From Hyphococcus sp. (GTDB lineage: Bacteria > Pseudomonadota > Alphaproteobacteria > Caulobacterales > Parvularculaceae): a stretch of DNA of 64,000 nucleotides. How positions within the stretch are numbered: position 1 is the first letter of the stretch; each line of letters starts with the position of its first letter. Position numbers and translations under genes: made by a program. Location of the stretch: NCBI RefSeq assembly GCF_965228385.1, contig NZ_OZ245810.1, forward strand, positions 1,075,565-1,139,564, written 5' to 3'. Shown in pieces: positions 18,328 through 27,529 of the stretch. The notes beneath the pieces are model-generated. The model worked only from the letters and a program-made list of their open reading frames with translations. It was not told the origin of the DNA and made no database searches.

Positions 18328-19788
18328 TTACCGTCTTTTCAGGCTGCCGAGCAAACCGCGCACAAGTTCGCGGGCCAGCGTTCGCGCCGCCGTCTTGAAT
18401 GCGGCCTCGCTCACGGTTTGACGACTTGACCGGCGTGACTTCGCGGGCTTTTTCGATCGTCGGGATTTTGTTTCTTTCGCGCGGGCCTTTTCTTCCGCTT
18501 CAGCTCTTTTCGCCGCGCGTTCTTGCAGTTCCTCGTATGCGGACTCACGATCTACGGCGTCATCGTATTTATCCGTCATATCGGAATATCGCAGAATATC
18601 GTTTCGCTCCCGTTTGGTGATTGGGCCCATGCGCGAGGAGGGCGGCCGGATCAGCGTGCGTTCAACCACGCCGGGCGCGCCTTTGCTCTGCAACGTGGAA
18701 ACCAGCGCTTCTCCAATTCCAAGCTCGGTGATGACGTCGAGCGTTTTAAAGGCGGGGTTTGGTCGAAAGGTTTCCGCCGCAGCCTTGACGACGCGTTGCT
18801 CGCGCGGCGTGAATGCGCGAAGCGCATGTTGCACGCGATTTCCAAGCTGACTTGAAACGGAGTCAGGAACATCAAGCGGATTTTGCGTGACAAAAAATAC
18901 GCCAACCCCTTTTGAACGAATCAATCGAACAACTTGCTCGATTTTCTGAATGAGCGCCTTGGGTGCATCGTCAAAAAGCAAATGCGCTTCATCAAAGAAA
19001 AAAACCAGTTCCGGCTTTTCCGGATCGCCGATTTCCGGCATTTCCTCGAAAAGCTCCGACAACAGCCACAGCAGAAATGTCGCATACAGCTTTGGCGTTT
19101 GCATTAACCTGTCTGCAGCAAGAATATTGACGACGCCGGCGCCGTCTTCCGTGGTGCGCAGAAAGTCTTTCAGGTCGAGAGCGGGTTCGCCGAAAAACAG
19201 CTCGGCGCCCTGTTCTTCAAGCGCAAGCAGCCGGCGCTGGATTGCGCCAACGGATGCGCGAGACACATGGCCGTATTCAGCCGATAATTCCTTCGCGCGT
19301 TCAGCGACTTCCACGAGCAAAGCGCGAAGATCTTTCAGATCGAGTAGCAACAGACCTTCATCGTCGGCAAGGCGGAAAGCCAATGTGAGAACGCCTTCCT
19401 GGGTGTCGTTCAGGTCAAGCAGCCGCGATAGCAAAAGCGGGCCCATTTCAGAGACGGTCGCCCTGATCGGGTGTCCCTGTTCACCGTAAAGATCCCAGAA
19501 GCACACCGGAAAGGATTGCGGCGTATAGTGATCAAGGCCGATTTTGTCCGCCCGTTCCTGTAAAAAATCTTTCATCTCCACAGGCTGCGAAAGGCCTGCA
19601 AGATCGCCCTTCACATCCGCCACGAATACGGGAACGCCGGCCTGCGAGAGACCCTCGGTAATGATCTGCAATGTGACGGTTTTACCGGTGCCGGTTGCGC
19701 CGGAAATCAATCCGTGCCGGTTGGCGTATTTCAGTTTCAGCGCCTGGGGCGCGCCGCTTTTTCCCAGAAAAACGGATGGGTCAGACAT
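18328..19788 (-). CDS. HerA-like P-loop ATPase (DUF853/YjgR)
   Basis: [25 protein letters not shown] and [14 protein letters not shown] motifs. Confidence 0.9.
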   Translation of the reverse strand: MSDPSVFLGKSGAPQALKLKYANRHGLISGATGTGKTVTLQIITEGLSQAGVPVFVADVKGDLAGLSQPVEMKDFLQERADKIGLDHYTPQSFPVCFWDLYGEQGHPIRATVSEMGPLLLSRLLDLNDTQEGVLTLAFRLADDEGLLLLDLKDLRALLVEVAERAKELSAEYGHVSRASVGAIQRRLLALEEQGAELFFGEPALDLKDFLRTTEDGAGVVNILAADRLMQTPKLYATFLLWLLSELFEEMPEIGDPEKPELVFFFDEAHLLFDDAPKALIQKIEQVVRLIRSKGVGVFFVTQNPLDVPDSVSSQLGNRVQHALRAFTPREQRVVKAAAETFRPNPAFKTLDVITELGIGEALVSTLQSKGAPGVVERTLIRPPSSRMGPITKRERNDILRYSDMTDKYDDAVDRESAYEELQERAAKRAEAEEKARAKETKSRRSKKPAKSRRSSRQTVSEAAFKTAARTLARELVRGLLGSLKRR

Positions 19789-20032
19789 GTTCGCCCCGCA
19801 TTATCGGTGATCGTGGAAAGGCTGGACTTCGCGGTTTAGAAGGCGTCAGGCGGCTTCGCAACCGCCAAAAGCCGCTATCTGTCCGGTAAATGAAGGTATT
19901 ATTTACCCCGCTGGAAAATGGGGATAAAATACAAGCAGTTGCACAGAAGGTCGTTGCGCCGGACTACACGGTGAAACGGGGGTGTGTGACGGCGACGACA
20001 TTGGGCGGAAAGCAACACAGGAAGGGGTTGTT

Positions 20033-20512
20033 ATGTTAAGAATACTTCTCGTCATCGCGGTAGCGCTGGCGGTTATTATCGGGCTGATGAAGCTCACCGA
20101 CAATGAAGCGACATTGGACGAAGCGGTTGATGCGGTTGAAGAGGCCGCGGACGACGCCGGCGATGCGATCGAGGAAGCGGCGGACGATGTTGGCGACGCC
20201 ATGTCTTCCGACGATGACCTAGACGGCGACAACGCCATGGAAGAGTCGATGGAAGATGCTGGCGAAGCCATGGATGACGCCATGCAGTCCATGGATGAAG
20301 CGGCTGAAAACGCCATGGAAGAAGCCCGGGAAATGGCTGACGACGCCGGCGACGCCATGGAAGAGGCTGCGCAAGACGCCGGCGATGCTGCTGACGAAAT
20401 GATGGACGACGCAGAAGACGCCGCAGAGGAAGCTGGCGATGAGATGGAAGAGGCTGGCGACGAGATGGAAGAAGCCGCCGATGAGGCGACGGAAGACGAT
20501 CCCAATAACTGA
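20033..20512 (+). CDS. Membrane-anchored, extremely acidic Asp/Glu/Ala/Met repeat protein
   Basis: N-terminal TM segment, then EEAADDAGDA-type repeats with a single basic residue after the anchor. GGAAGGGG before ATG 20033. Confidence 0.75.
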   Translation: MLRILLVIAVALAVIIGLMKLTDNEATLDEAVDAVEEAADDAGDAIEEAADDVGDAMSSDDDLDGDNAMEESMEDAGEAMDDAMQSMDEAAENAMEEAREMADDAGDAMEEAAQDAGDAADEMMDDAEDAAEEAGDEMEEAGDEMEEAADEATEDDPNN

Positions 20513-20540
20513 TCTGTTCCATTTTGAACGATAACGATCA

Positions 20541-20572
20541 ACGCCGCATTGTCTTGACCGGGAATGCGGCGT
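20541..20572 (+). terminator. Inverted-repeat hairpin after the acidic protein gene
   Basis: ACGCCGCATT ... AATGCGGCGT followed by a T-rich tract. Confidence 0.6.
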
Positions 20573-20579
20573 TTATATT

Positions 20580-20595
20580 TTAACTTTGCGTTAAC
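20580..20595 (+). promoter_or_regulatory. CtrA binding site
   Basis: TTAA-CTTTGCG-TTAAC, a perfect TTAA-N7-TTAAC, about 90 nt upstream of the Hpt gene. Confidence 0.7.
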
Positions 20596-20681
20596 CAGAG
20601 CGAATAAAATTTTAACGAGTTTGAAGCGGCCTTCACCTAGAGTTCTGTCAGACGGAAGAACAAAACAGGGATGGGTGCGCC

Positions 20682-21032
20682 ATGTCAGTATCCAGTGCAA
20701 TCGATTTCAAACACCTGGACAAATATGTCATGGGCGATGATGATCTGCGCGACGAGGTGCTGGAGATTTTCATCGACCAGTTACATCTTCAATTACGCAA
20801 CCTCGATCCGTCCAAAGACGATATATCCTGGAAACATACGGCGCATACGCTGAAGGGCGCGGCGCGGGGCGTTGGCGCCTGGGATGTGGGCGATCTTTGT
20901 CAGGAAGCGGAATTGCTTGTGGGCGATATCAACAACAAGCAAAAAGCCCGCGAGGCCCTTCTGGCGGCGCTAAGAGATAAAGCGGAAAGCGCTGAGCATG
21001 CGGCGCGGAATATCACCGGCGTATCGGCTTAA
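20682..21032 (+). CDS. Single-domain histidine phosphotransferase (ShpA-like)
   Basis: IDFKHL...WKHTAHTLKGAARGVGAW resembles Caulobacter ShpA as I recall it. Confidence 0.8.
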   Translation: MSVSSAIDFKHLDKYVMGDDDLRDEVLEIFIDQLHLQLRNLDPSKDDISWKHTAHTLKGAARGVGAWDVGDLCQEAELLVGDINNKQKAREALLAALRDKAESAEHAARNITGVSA

Positions 21033-21107
21033 ATATTGAAATAGCGCCGTTGCGCCGCGCTGACATCGCCCGGTGAAAACACAGCCGCCCATGCGAACAT
21101 TTCCCGA

Positions 21108-22283
21108 TTATCGCTTCAGCTCCCGCATAGCGTACTCAATGCCGCTGAGAGTCAGCGGATACATTCTGTCTCCAATCAGTTCACGGATGAGTTGCGTAGA
21201 CGGGACATAGTCCCAGCTATTGTCTTTCACCGGGTTCAGCCAGACCACGCGTTCATAAATATCCGTGAGGCGCCTCATCCAGATCGCGCCCGCTTCTTCG
21301 TTGAAATATTCCACCGATCCGCCGGGCACGGTGATTTCATAAGGCGACATGGAGGCGTCTCCGACAAAGATCACTTTGTAGTCATGCGGGTATTTGTGAA
21401 GCACGTCCCATGTCGGGGTTTTCTCCGACCAGCGGCGCCGGTTGTCTTTCCACACAAAGTCGTACAGAAAATTGTGGAAGTAGAAATACTCCATATGTTT
21501 GAATTCCGCCCGCGCGGCGGAGAATAATTCCTCGGTAATTTTGACATACGGATCCATCGATCCGCCGACGTCGAAAAAGATCAGCACCTTGATGGTGTTC
21601 CGGCGCTCTGGCCGCATTTTAATGTCGAGATAGCCGGCGCGCGCCGTCGCCTCGATTGTATTGTCCAGATCGAATTCGTCCGGCGCGCCTTCGCGTGCGA
21701 ACCGGCGTAATTTGCGCAAGGCCATCTTGATATTGCGCGTGCCCAGCTCGACGCTGTCATCAAGGTTTTTATAGTCGCGCTTTTCCCAGACCTTGACGGC
21801 GCGGCCCTGCCGCTTGCCTTCATTGCCGATGCGCACGCCTTCCGGGTTATAGCCGCCGGAACCGAAGGGCGATGTCCCGCCCGTGCCGATCCACTTATTG
21901 CCGCCCTGATGGCGTTTCTTTTGTTCTTCCAGCCGCTGTTTCAAGGTTTCCATCAGCTTGTCCCAGCCTCCGAGCGCCTCAATTTCCTTCATCTCTTCTT
22001 CACTGAAATAACGCTCGGTCATGAGGCGCAGCCAGTCTTCGGGAATTTCGGCGCTCACGCCTTCCGCCACAGATTCAAGGCCCTTGAAGACATGGGCGAA
22101 GACCCGGTCGAACTTGTCCAGATTGCGCTCGTCCTTCACCAGCGCAGAACGCGAGAGGTAATAAAAATCCTCCACCTTGCGCCCGGCCAGATCGGCGTCC
22201 ATCGCCTCAATCAGAGTCAGATATTCGCGCAGGGAAACCGGCAGTCCGGCGGATTTCAGCTCATGGAAAAATTTTGTAAACAT
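21108..22283 (-). CDS. VWA-domain CoxE-like protein
   Basis: WIGTGGTSPFG, DVGGSMDP and FVGDASMSPYEI motifs. Confidence 0.88.
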   Translation of the reverse strand: MFTKFFHELKSAGLPVSLREYLTLIEAMDADLAGRKVEDFYYLSRSALVKDERNLDKFDRVFAHVFKGLESVAEGVSAEIPEDWLRLMTERYFSEEEMKEIEALGGWDKLMETLKQRLEEQKKRHQGGNKWIGTGGTSPFGSGGYNPEGVRIGNEGKRQGRAVKVWEKRDYKNLDDSVELGTRNIKMALRKLRRFAREGAPDEFDLDNTIEATARAGYLDIKMRPERRNTIKVLIFFDVGGSMDPYVKITEELFSAARAEFKHMEYFYFHNFLYDFVWKDNRRRWSEKTPTWDVLHKYPHDYKVIFVGDASMSPYEITVPGGSVEYFNEEAGAIWMRRLTDIYERVVWLNPVKDNSWDYVPSTQLIRELIGDRMYPLTLSGIEYAMRELKR

Positions 22284-22489
22284 GGGGCCATCCTAACAAG
22301 GCGCGCGCTTGAGGAAAGGGGCGGGCGCAGCGCCGCGAAACGCATCCGTCGCCGTCGCCGAAAATGTTGTGCAACCCTGAACGTCCCGGCGCGTCTTGTT
22401 GGCTTCATTGCTGGCTTTGCGCCGGATGTTGCACAACTTCGCCAAAATATTTGTACAACTTTTTCATTTCGACATGCTTTCCTGTTTTT

Positions 22490-22660
22490 CCCGGCGCGAC
22501 GCATGACGCTATCGGGCGATCTTCAACCTGAGGCGCATGATACGGCGCCCGGCCAGGGGGGTGGATATCTATCCACCAACACTGGGAAATATTGAAGACT
22601 TTACGGTCTGGGTTGTGCGGCTGCCGTCGGACGCAACTGGCCAACACCTCTCATTCGGGG
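22490..22660 (-). ncRNA. Structured ncRNA, probable 6S RNA-like (boundaries approximate)
   Basis: About 170 nt, intergenic. The 5' GUGUUGGCCAGUUG can pair with the 3' CGAUAGCGUCAUGC; apical hairpin GUGGAUA-GA-UAUCCAC. These segments resemble proteobacterial 6S ends as I recall them; not verified with a model. Confidence 0.45.
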
Positions 22661-22729
22661 CCCCCTTCACTTTATTTTTTAACGTGCTAGAGCGGCTTAA
22701 AACCCAACGCATATGCGGGAGCCGCCCTT

Positions 22730-24040
22730 ATGGATCACGGAAAGAACGAATTCGCCAGTAATGAGAGCCTGAAAGCGCGCCGCGACGAGGCGTGTCCTGT
22801 AGGGTTGCCGTCAAAATCGGGAATATACGCAGCGCGCGCCAAGGGCGCCGAGCTGTGGGACGTCGAGGGCAAGCGCTATATCGATTTCATCGGCGGCATC
22901 GGCGTTTTGAATGTGGGGCACGCGCACCCGAAAGTCGTCGAAGCGATTAAAAAGCAGACCGAAAACTTCATCCATACGGCGTTCGGCATCGCGCAATATG
23001 AAAGCTACATTGAAGTTGCGGAAAAACTGAACCGCTTGACGCCCGGCGATACGCCGAAAAAGACCGCGCTGTTCAATTCCGGCGCCGAGGCGGTGGAGAA
23101 CTCCATCAAATTCGCCCGGCAGATCACAGGCCGGCCCGGCGTCATCGCCTTTTCCGGCGCGTTTCACGGACGGACATTGCTGGCGACGACGCTTACCGGC
23201 AAATCCAAACCCTACAAGGTCGGTTTCGGCCCTTATGTGCCGGCCGTCTTTCATGCTGAGTACCCTGACGAGTATCACGGCGTTTCGGTTGCCGATGCGA
23301 TCGCCAGCATCGATCATATCTTCAAGTCCGCGATCAACGCGAATGAAGTTGCAGCCATGATCGTTGAACCGGTGCAGGGCGAGGGCGGCTTCAACCCGGC
23401 GCCGAAGGAATTCCTCGAAGCCTTGCGCAAGAAATGCGACGAGCACGGTATTATGCTGGTGGCGGATGAAATCCAGTCGGGCATGGGCCGGACAGGCCAT
23501 TATTTCGCGTTTGAGCGGTCCGGCGTAGAGCCGGATTTTGTCTGCGTCGCCAAATCCATCGCCGCAGGGCTTCCGCTCTCGGCTCTCACCGGCAAGGCGG
23601 AATTGATGGACAAGGTGGTCGCCGGCTCCATGGGTTCGACTTATGGCGGCAACCCCGTCGCCTGCGCCGCGGCGCTGGCCGTATTCCAGATCATCGAGGA
23701 AGAGGGGTTGCTGGCGCGCGCAGAAGAGATTGGCGCGCAGACGGAAAAACGCTGGAAGGAACTGCAGTCCGGCGTTGGCAAGGGCGTTATTGGCGACGTG
23801 CGCCGCGTCGGCGGCATGATGGCGCTGGAATTTGTAAAAGACGGCGACCCGGCGCAGCCGAACGGCGATGCGGCGGCGGCGATCATGCTCGAAGCGCGCA
23901 AGCGCGGCCTTATCATGACGACCGCCGGCGCCTACGCCCAGTGTCTGCGCTCGCTCGCGCCGCTGGTGATTTCCGATGAATTGCTGAACGAAGGGCTCGA
24001 CATTTTCGCCGATGCGACGGAGGCTGCGCTGAAAGGCTGA
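22730..24040 (+). CDS. gabT: 4-aminobutyrate aminotransferase (class III)
   Basis: YIDFIGGIG, NSGAEAVEN, EPVQGEGG, DEIQSGMGRTG, AKSIAAG and STYGGNP motifs. Confidence 0.85.
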   Translation: MDHGKNEFASNESLKARRDEACPVGLPSKSGIYAARAKGAELWDVEGKRYIDFIGGIGVLNVGHAHPKVVEAIKKQTENFIHTAFGIAQYESYIEVAEKLNRLTPGDTPKKTALFNSGAEAVENSIKFARQITGRPGVIAFSGAFHGRTLLATTLTGKSKPYKVGFGPYVPAVFHAEYPDEYHGVSVADAIASIDHIFKSAINANEVAAMIVEPVQGEGGFNPAPKEFLEALRKKCDEHGIMLVADEIQSGMGRTGHYFAFERSGVEPDFVCVAKSIAAGLPLSALTGKAELMDKVVAGSMGSTYGGNPVACAAALAVFQIIEEEGLLARAEEIGAQTEKRWKELQSGVGKGVIGDVRRVGGMMALEFVKDGDPAQPNGDAAAAIMLEARKRGLIMTTAGAYAQCLRSLAPLVISDELLNEGLDIFADATEAALKG

Positions 24041-24066
24041 CAAGTCAAGCACAGAGGAATTTAATC

Positions 24067-24150
24067 CTTCATCCTGAGGGCAAAATTTCTTTGCCCTTCG
24101 AGACGGTCTTTCGGCCTCCTCAGGATGAAGAAATTTTGCGTCTCGAAGGA
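24067..24150. repeat. REP-like palindromic element
   Basis: 13-bp inverted repeat CTTCATCCTGAGG/CCTCAGGATGAAG plus a CCTTCGAGAC/GTCTCGAAGG pair. Confidence 0.7.
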
Positions 24151-24185
24151 TCGAAGGATTTAAGACTGCCGGGGGAGAGAGCTTC

Positions 24186-25217
24186 ATGCGTTTTATTAAA
24201 TTATTGTCGGCCGGCATTGCAGCGCTTTGTGCGCCGCTGGCGCCGGCGTTCGCGCAAAAATGCGAACCGGCGGAAGGCCGCAGCGCCTATTTTGTCGAGC
24301 GCGAAGTCGCCGGGAACCGCGATTTCAACGAATATCTCGAAGGGCCCGGCTGGACGTTTCAGCTAAAGCGCGCCCCCCATGGCTGGGACATTCGCCTCAA
24401 CGATGAAAACGGTCTCGACCTGACGCAGATGACGCCGCCATTGCGCGGCGCGCCGAACCCGCGCGAGATTTATGGCTGGCATTTCAGGAACGCCGGCAAT
24501 ACCGGGCCGAACACGGGCGACGTCAACGCGCCGCAACATCTGCGCCTCTTCGGGTTCGATCCGGCGCTTTCCGGCACGGGCGGGTACCGCCCCAATGCGG
24601 CGGGCGGGGTCGCGCCTGAGAACCAGCCCGGGCGCGGCGCGCTGACCATCAAGGATATGGGGCTCGCCGACCTCGACGAGGGTGAAAAAGCCCGGCTCAA
24701 CTATCTGAAATTCAACGTCTGTATGACATGGCCCAAGACGCAACGTGAACATCAGATGGAAGCGGCGGATGCCGCCGAGATGACCGAGCTGCGAAAGGTG
24801 ACGCCGGAACTGATCGAGATGATGGACTCCTGCGGGCTCGATTATGAAATGTATCAGATCACGCCTTACCTCACGCCGGTGGAGCTGGGCGGCGATTTCG
24901 ACGCCGACGACGCCCACGATCAGGTTGTGCCCATCATCCGCAAGGCCGACGGCAAGCGCGGTTTGTTTTTCTGCCGGGCGCTGACATACGGCGATGTGGT
25001 CGGCATGACGGGACGCATGGGCGCGCATTTGACGCCCGCCTATTTCGACTCGATTGACTGGTGGGCCTTACATACCGGCCCGGCGCGTCAGGGCGCGGGC
25101 GGGACGCCGCCGCCGGCGCTGAAGGGCGACGCCGTCACCATCGGCAAGGAAGGCGCGTCATCGGTCCTGATCTATTGGACGGGTTCGGAATATTCGTCTT
25201 ACTGGCAGGGGGACTAG
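24186..25217 (+). CDS. Secreted hypothetical protein
   Basis: Signal peptide, 343 aa, GC3-rich coding pattern, GDFDADD motif. No family recognised. Confidence 0.75.
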   Translation: MRFIKLLSAGIAALCAPLAPAFAQKCEPAEGRSAYFVEREVAGNRDFNEYLEGPGWTFQLKRAPHGWDIRLNDENGLDLTQMTPPLRGAPNPREIYGWHFRNAGNTGPNTGDVNAPQHLRLFGFDPALSGTGGYRPNAAGGVAPENQPGRGALTIKDMGLADLDEGEKARLNYLKFNVCMTWPKTQREHQMEAADAAEMTELRKVTPELIEMMDSCGLDYEMYQITPYLTPVELGGDFDADDAHDQVVPIIRKADGKRGLFFCRALTYGDVVGMTGRMGAHLTPAYFDSIDWWALHTGPARQGAGGTPPPALKGDAVTIGKEGASSVLIYWTGSEYSSYWQGD

Positions 25218-25221
25218 GCCC

Positions 25222-25548
25222 ATGCGCATGGTCGCCGGTGTGCTGGTCTGGGCGTTGTTCATCGCGTGGGCGGCGTGCGTCGCGCTCGGCTTTAACGCCT
25301 ATATGACGCTGGAAGCGGACGGGAGCGGCTTTACCCGCGGCTGGAACCGCGTTTCGGCGTTCCTGCAATGGCAGGGCTACGCGCTGATCGCGGCGATCGC
25401 CGGCTCCATCGCAGGCCGCGTCGCCAGCGCCACGGGCGTCATGCGCTTCGCCTCGCGCATACCGCTGTGGCTCTCCGGCGGGTTCTTCATTGTACTGACG
25501 GTGCTGTTTGTCGGCGCGATTGTTTATACGCGGGTGGTGGGGCAGTAA
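25222..25548 (+). CDS. Small membrane protein (about 3 TM)
   Basis: 108-aa hydrophobic ORF starting 4 nt after the preceding gene. Confidence 0.7.
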   Translation: MRMVAGVLVWALFIAWAACVALGFNAYMTLEADGSGFTRGWNRVSAFLQWQGYALIAAIAGSIAGRVASATGVMRFASRIPLWLSGGFFIVLTVLFVGAIVYTRVVGQ

Positions 25549-25557
25549 TGCATCCGC

Positions 25558-25583
25558 TCATCCCGGCGAAAGCCGGGATCCAG
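25558..25583. repeat. REP-like palindrome
   Basis: TCATCCCGGCGAAAGCCGGGATCCAG, a stem with a GAAA tetraloop. Confidence 0.7.
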
Positions 25584-25606
25584 CCTTTCTAGAAACTACT
25601 TTGCGT

Positions 25607-26365
25607 TTAAATATTCTTTTCAATATCGGCGTCTTCTGGAAAATCGCTAGGACAAACCATCCGCAGCCCCCACCAACAAGCCAACGGAGCTTTATATCGC
25701 GGTTCGATTTTCGAGCTAGCAATCCTTGTCAAATTCTTATCATAAAACACTAACTCTCCATTCTCGGCGCGTAAATATCCGTTTTCTAGGATTAGGACTA
25801 GCGCGCCCGTTGCTGAAGGAGCGTTTCCATATTTTTCCCTTATGGAGTTGCTCGAGATTATGCCATGAATTGTCGCAATGCTTACCAAAAACCACACTGT
25901 AAGGCATGATTGCAAAAATTTGCGCGAGTTTTCGGTTTCCGGCAGCAAACTATTGCAGGATTGAATTATGCAACCAGCAAAGAATAAGAACGCAAAGCCT
26001 GCAAAAAGGATGGGCTGACCGTAATCGATGAAAAATATCAGCAGGAGAACAATTGCTGAAAAAAACAAACTTACTTTTACTTCTGCGGAGATTTTAGTCG
26101 GGCCACTTTTTTCCGATTTAGTCTTTATTGAATCGTGATTGCGAAAAGTTGATGTATAACATGCTGTGGCCAATATTATCCAAATCGCCAGGGTGAGTAT
26201 AACGGCTGCGAAAAGCGAAACAGACTTGTCGAAGTAATCCGAAATTGTGAGAAGCGATGGGTTTAGGCCATCAAACTTTAGAAAAAAAGACGTGTAAAAG
26301 ACTGAAGAATATATAAGCGCTATTCCAGGAATTAGTATTAAAGCATCTCTTATAATTTTAGTCAT
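25607..26365 (-). CDS. AT-rich hypothetical membrane protein
   Basis: 252-aa multi-TM ORF, visibly more AT-rich than its flanks. Confidence 0.7.
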   Translation of the reverse strand: MTKIIRDALILIPGIALIYSSVFYTSFFLKFDGLNPSLLTISDYFDKSVSLFAAVILTLAIWIILATACYTSTFRNHDSIKTKSEKSGPTKISAEVKVSLFFSAIVLLLIFFIDYGQPILFAGFAFLFFAGCIIQSCNSLLPETENSRKFLQSCLTVWFLVSIATIHGIISSNSIREKYGNAPSATGALVLILENGYLRAENGELVFYDKNLTRIASSKIEPRYKAPLACWWGLRMVCPSDFPEDADIEKNI

Positions 26366-26379
26366 GAGACTTGCTTCGC

Positions 26380-27381
26380 CTAACCCTTCTTCCAGACGCT
26401 CCCCTTGCGCAGCGCATCTGCGACTTTGCCCGTGCGTTTGCGCTGGGTTGGGTGGTGATGGGTGAAGGCGTCGTCGAAGCTGGTTGCGGGCGCGCGATAG
26501 ATAACGCCGAGCGGCATCGGGAACGATCCCATGGGCAGGGTCAAGAGCATCTGCGCCATGACGCGGTTGGTTTCGTCATGCACGAGGACGTCTTCAACCG
26601 GCGCGGCGTTCTCGCCCACATCGATGATTTCCAGCGTCAGCGTGGACGTATTGAGCTTCAGGCCCTTTTCGCCCTTCGCGAAGAGGAGCGGCTTGCCATG
26701 CTCGCAATGGATCTGCGTTTCCGGAGCGGTTTTCTTGGCGACAAAACCGTCGAACACATCCTTGTTGTAGACGATGCAGTTCTGGAAGATCTCCACAAAC
26801 GCCGCGCCCTTGAACTCGCGTGCGGCCTTGAGGACCGGCGACAGGTTCTTCGCATCCGTGTCGATGCCGCGGGCGATGAAGCGCGCATTGGCGCCGAGCG
26901 CGAACGCGCCGGGCGACACCGGCGCATCGATGGAGCCCGACGGCGTTGAGGGCGAGCGCGTGCCGACGCGGGATGTGGGCGAATACTGGCCTTTCGTCAG
27001 CCCGTAAATCTCGTTGTTGAACAGCAAAACAGCCATATCGACATTGCGCCTGAGGACATGCAGCAGATTATTGCCGCCGATGGAAAGCCCGTCGCCGTCG
27101 CCGGTGACGAGCCACACGTCAAGTTCAGGGTTCGCGAGTTTGAGGCCGGTCGCAAAGGCCGGCGCGCGCCCGTGGATCGTGTGAAAGCCATAGGCGTTCA
27201 TGTAATAGGGAAAGCGCGACGAACAGCCGATGCCGGAAACGAAGACGGTCTTGTCCGGGTCGGCTTCGACATCGGCGAGCGTCTTCTGCACGCATTTCAG
27301 GATCGCATAGTCGCCGCAGCCGGGGCACCAGCGCACTTCCTGATCGGTGGCGAAATCTTTGGCGGTGAGGGGTTTGTTCAT
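26380..27381 (-). CDS. korB: 2-oxoacid:ferredoxin oxidoreductase beta subunit
   Basis: WCPGCGD, SGIGCSSR, HTIHGRA, GDGDGLSIGGN and YGLTKGQYSPT motifs. Confidence 0.92.
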   Translation of the reverse strand: MNKPLTAKDFATDQEVRWCPGCGDYAILKCVQKTLADVEADPDKTVFVSGIGCSSRFPYYMNAYGFHTIHGRAPAFATGLKLANPELDVWLVTGDGDGLSIGGNNLLHVLRRNVDMAVLLFNNEIYGLTKGQYSPTSRVGTRSPSTPSGSIDAPVSPGAFALGANARFIARGIDTDAKNLSPVLKAAREFKGAAFVEIFQNCIVYNKDVFDGFVAKKTAPETQIHCEHGKPLLFAKGEKGLKLNTSTLTLEIIDVGENAAPVEDVLVHDETNRVMAQMLLTLPMGSFPMPLGVIYRAPATSFDDAFTHHHPTQRKRTGKVADALRKGSVWKKG

Positions 27382-27406
27382 GACGTTATGCCTTGTACGG
27401 AATTCT

Positions 27407-27514
27407 CACCCCCTCCGTCCGCTTCGCGGACACCTCCCCCGTAAACGGGGGAGGAAGGGTGCTCTTTTCTTCCCCCGCTTGCGGGGGAAGTGGCCCGAAG
27501 GGCCGATGGGGGTG
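27407..27514. repeat. Inverted doublet of a REP/RIME-like element inside the korAB operon
   Basis: Unit A is CACCCCCTCCGTCCGCTTCGCGGACACCTCCCCCGTAAACGGGGGAGG; unit B (reverse complement) is CACCCCCATCGGCCCTTCGGGCCACTTCCCCCGCAAGCGGGGGAAG. Confidence 0.8.
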
Positions 27515-27529
27515 TAAAACGAAAATGCA

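Noticed and set aside
20100-20500. Short repeats as a CRISPR array
   Set aside because: The repeats are in-frame coding repeats with no unique spacers and no cas genes; no CRISPR, tRNA or rRNA was seen anywhere in the window.
19903-20700. 265-aa Ser/Ala-rich minus-strand ORF
   Set aside because: Antisense mirror of the acidic repeat protein, which has an RBS, a TM anchor and a terminator.
22520-22560. AACCTGA...ATGATAC...GCG...AGGG resembling the 3' half of a TPP riboswitch
   Set aside because: The upstream CTGAGA/P2-P3 half is missing and there is no thiamine gene downstream.
22811-24217. 468-aa minus-strand ORF, and similar long antisense ORFs over korA, MscS, tadG and purL
   Set aside because: Expected stop-poor antisense frames of GC-rich genes; no motifs of their own.
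25584-25606. Possible korB 3'-end remnant beyond the AT-rich gene
   Set aside because: Only a patchy match over fewer than 20 nt, unlike the bolA and NSS remnants.
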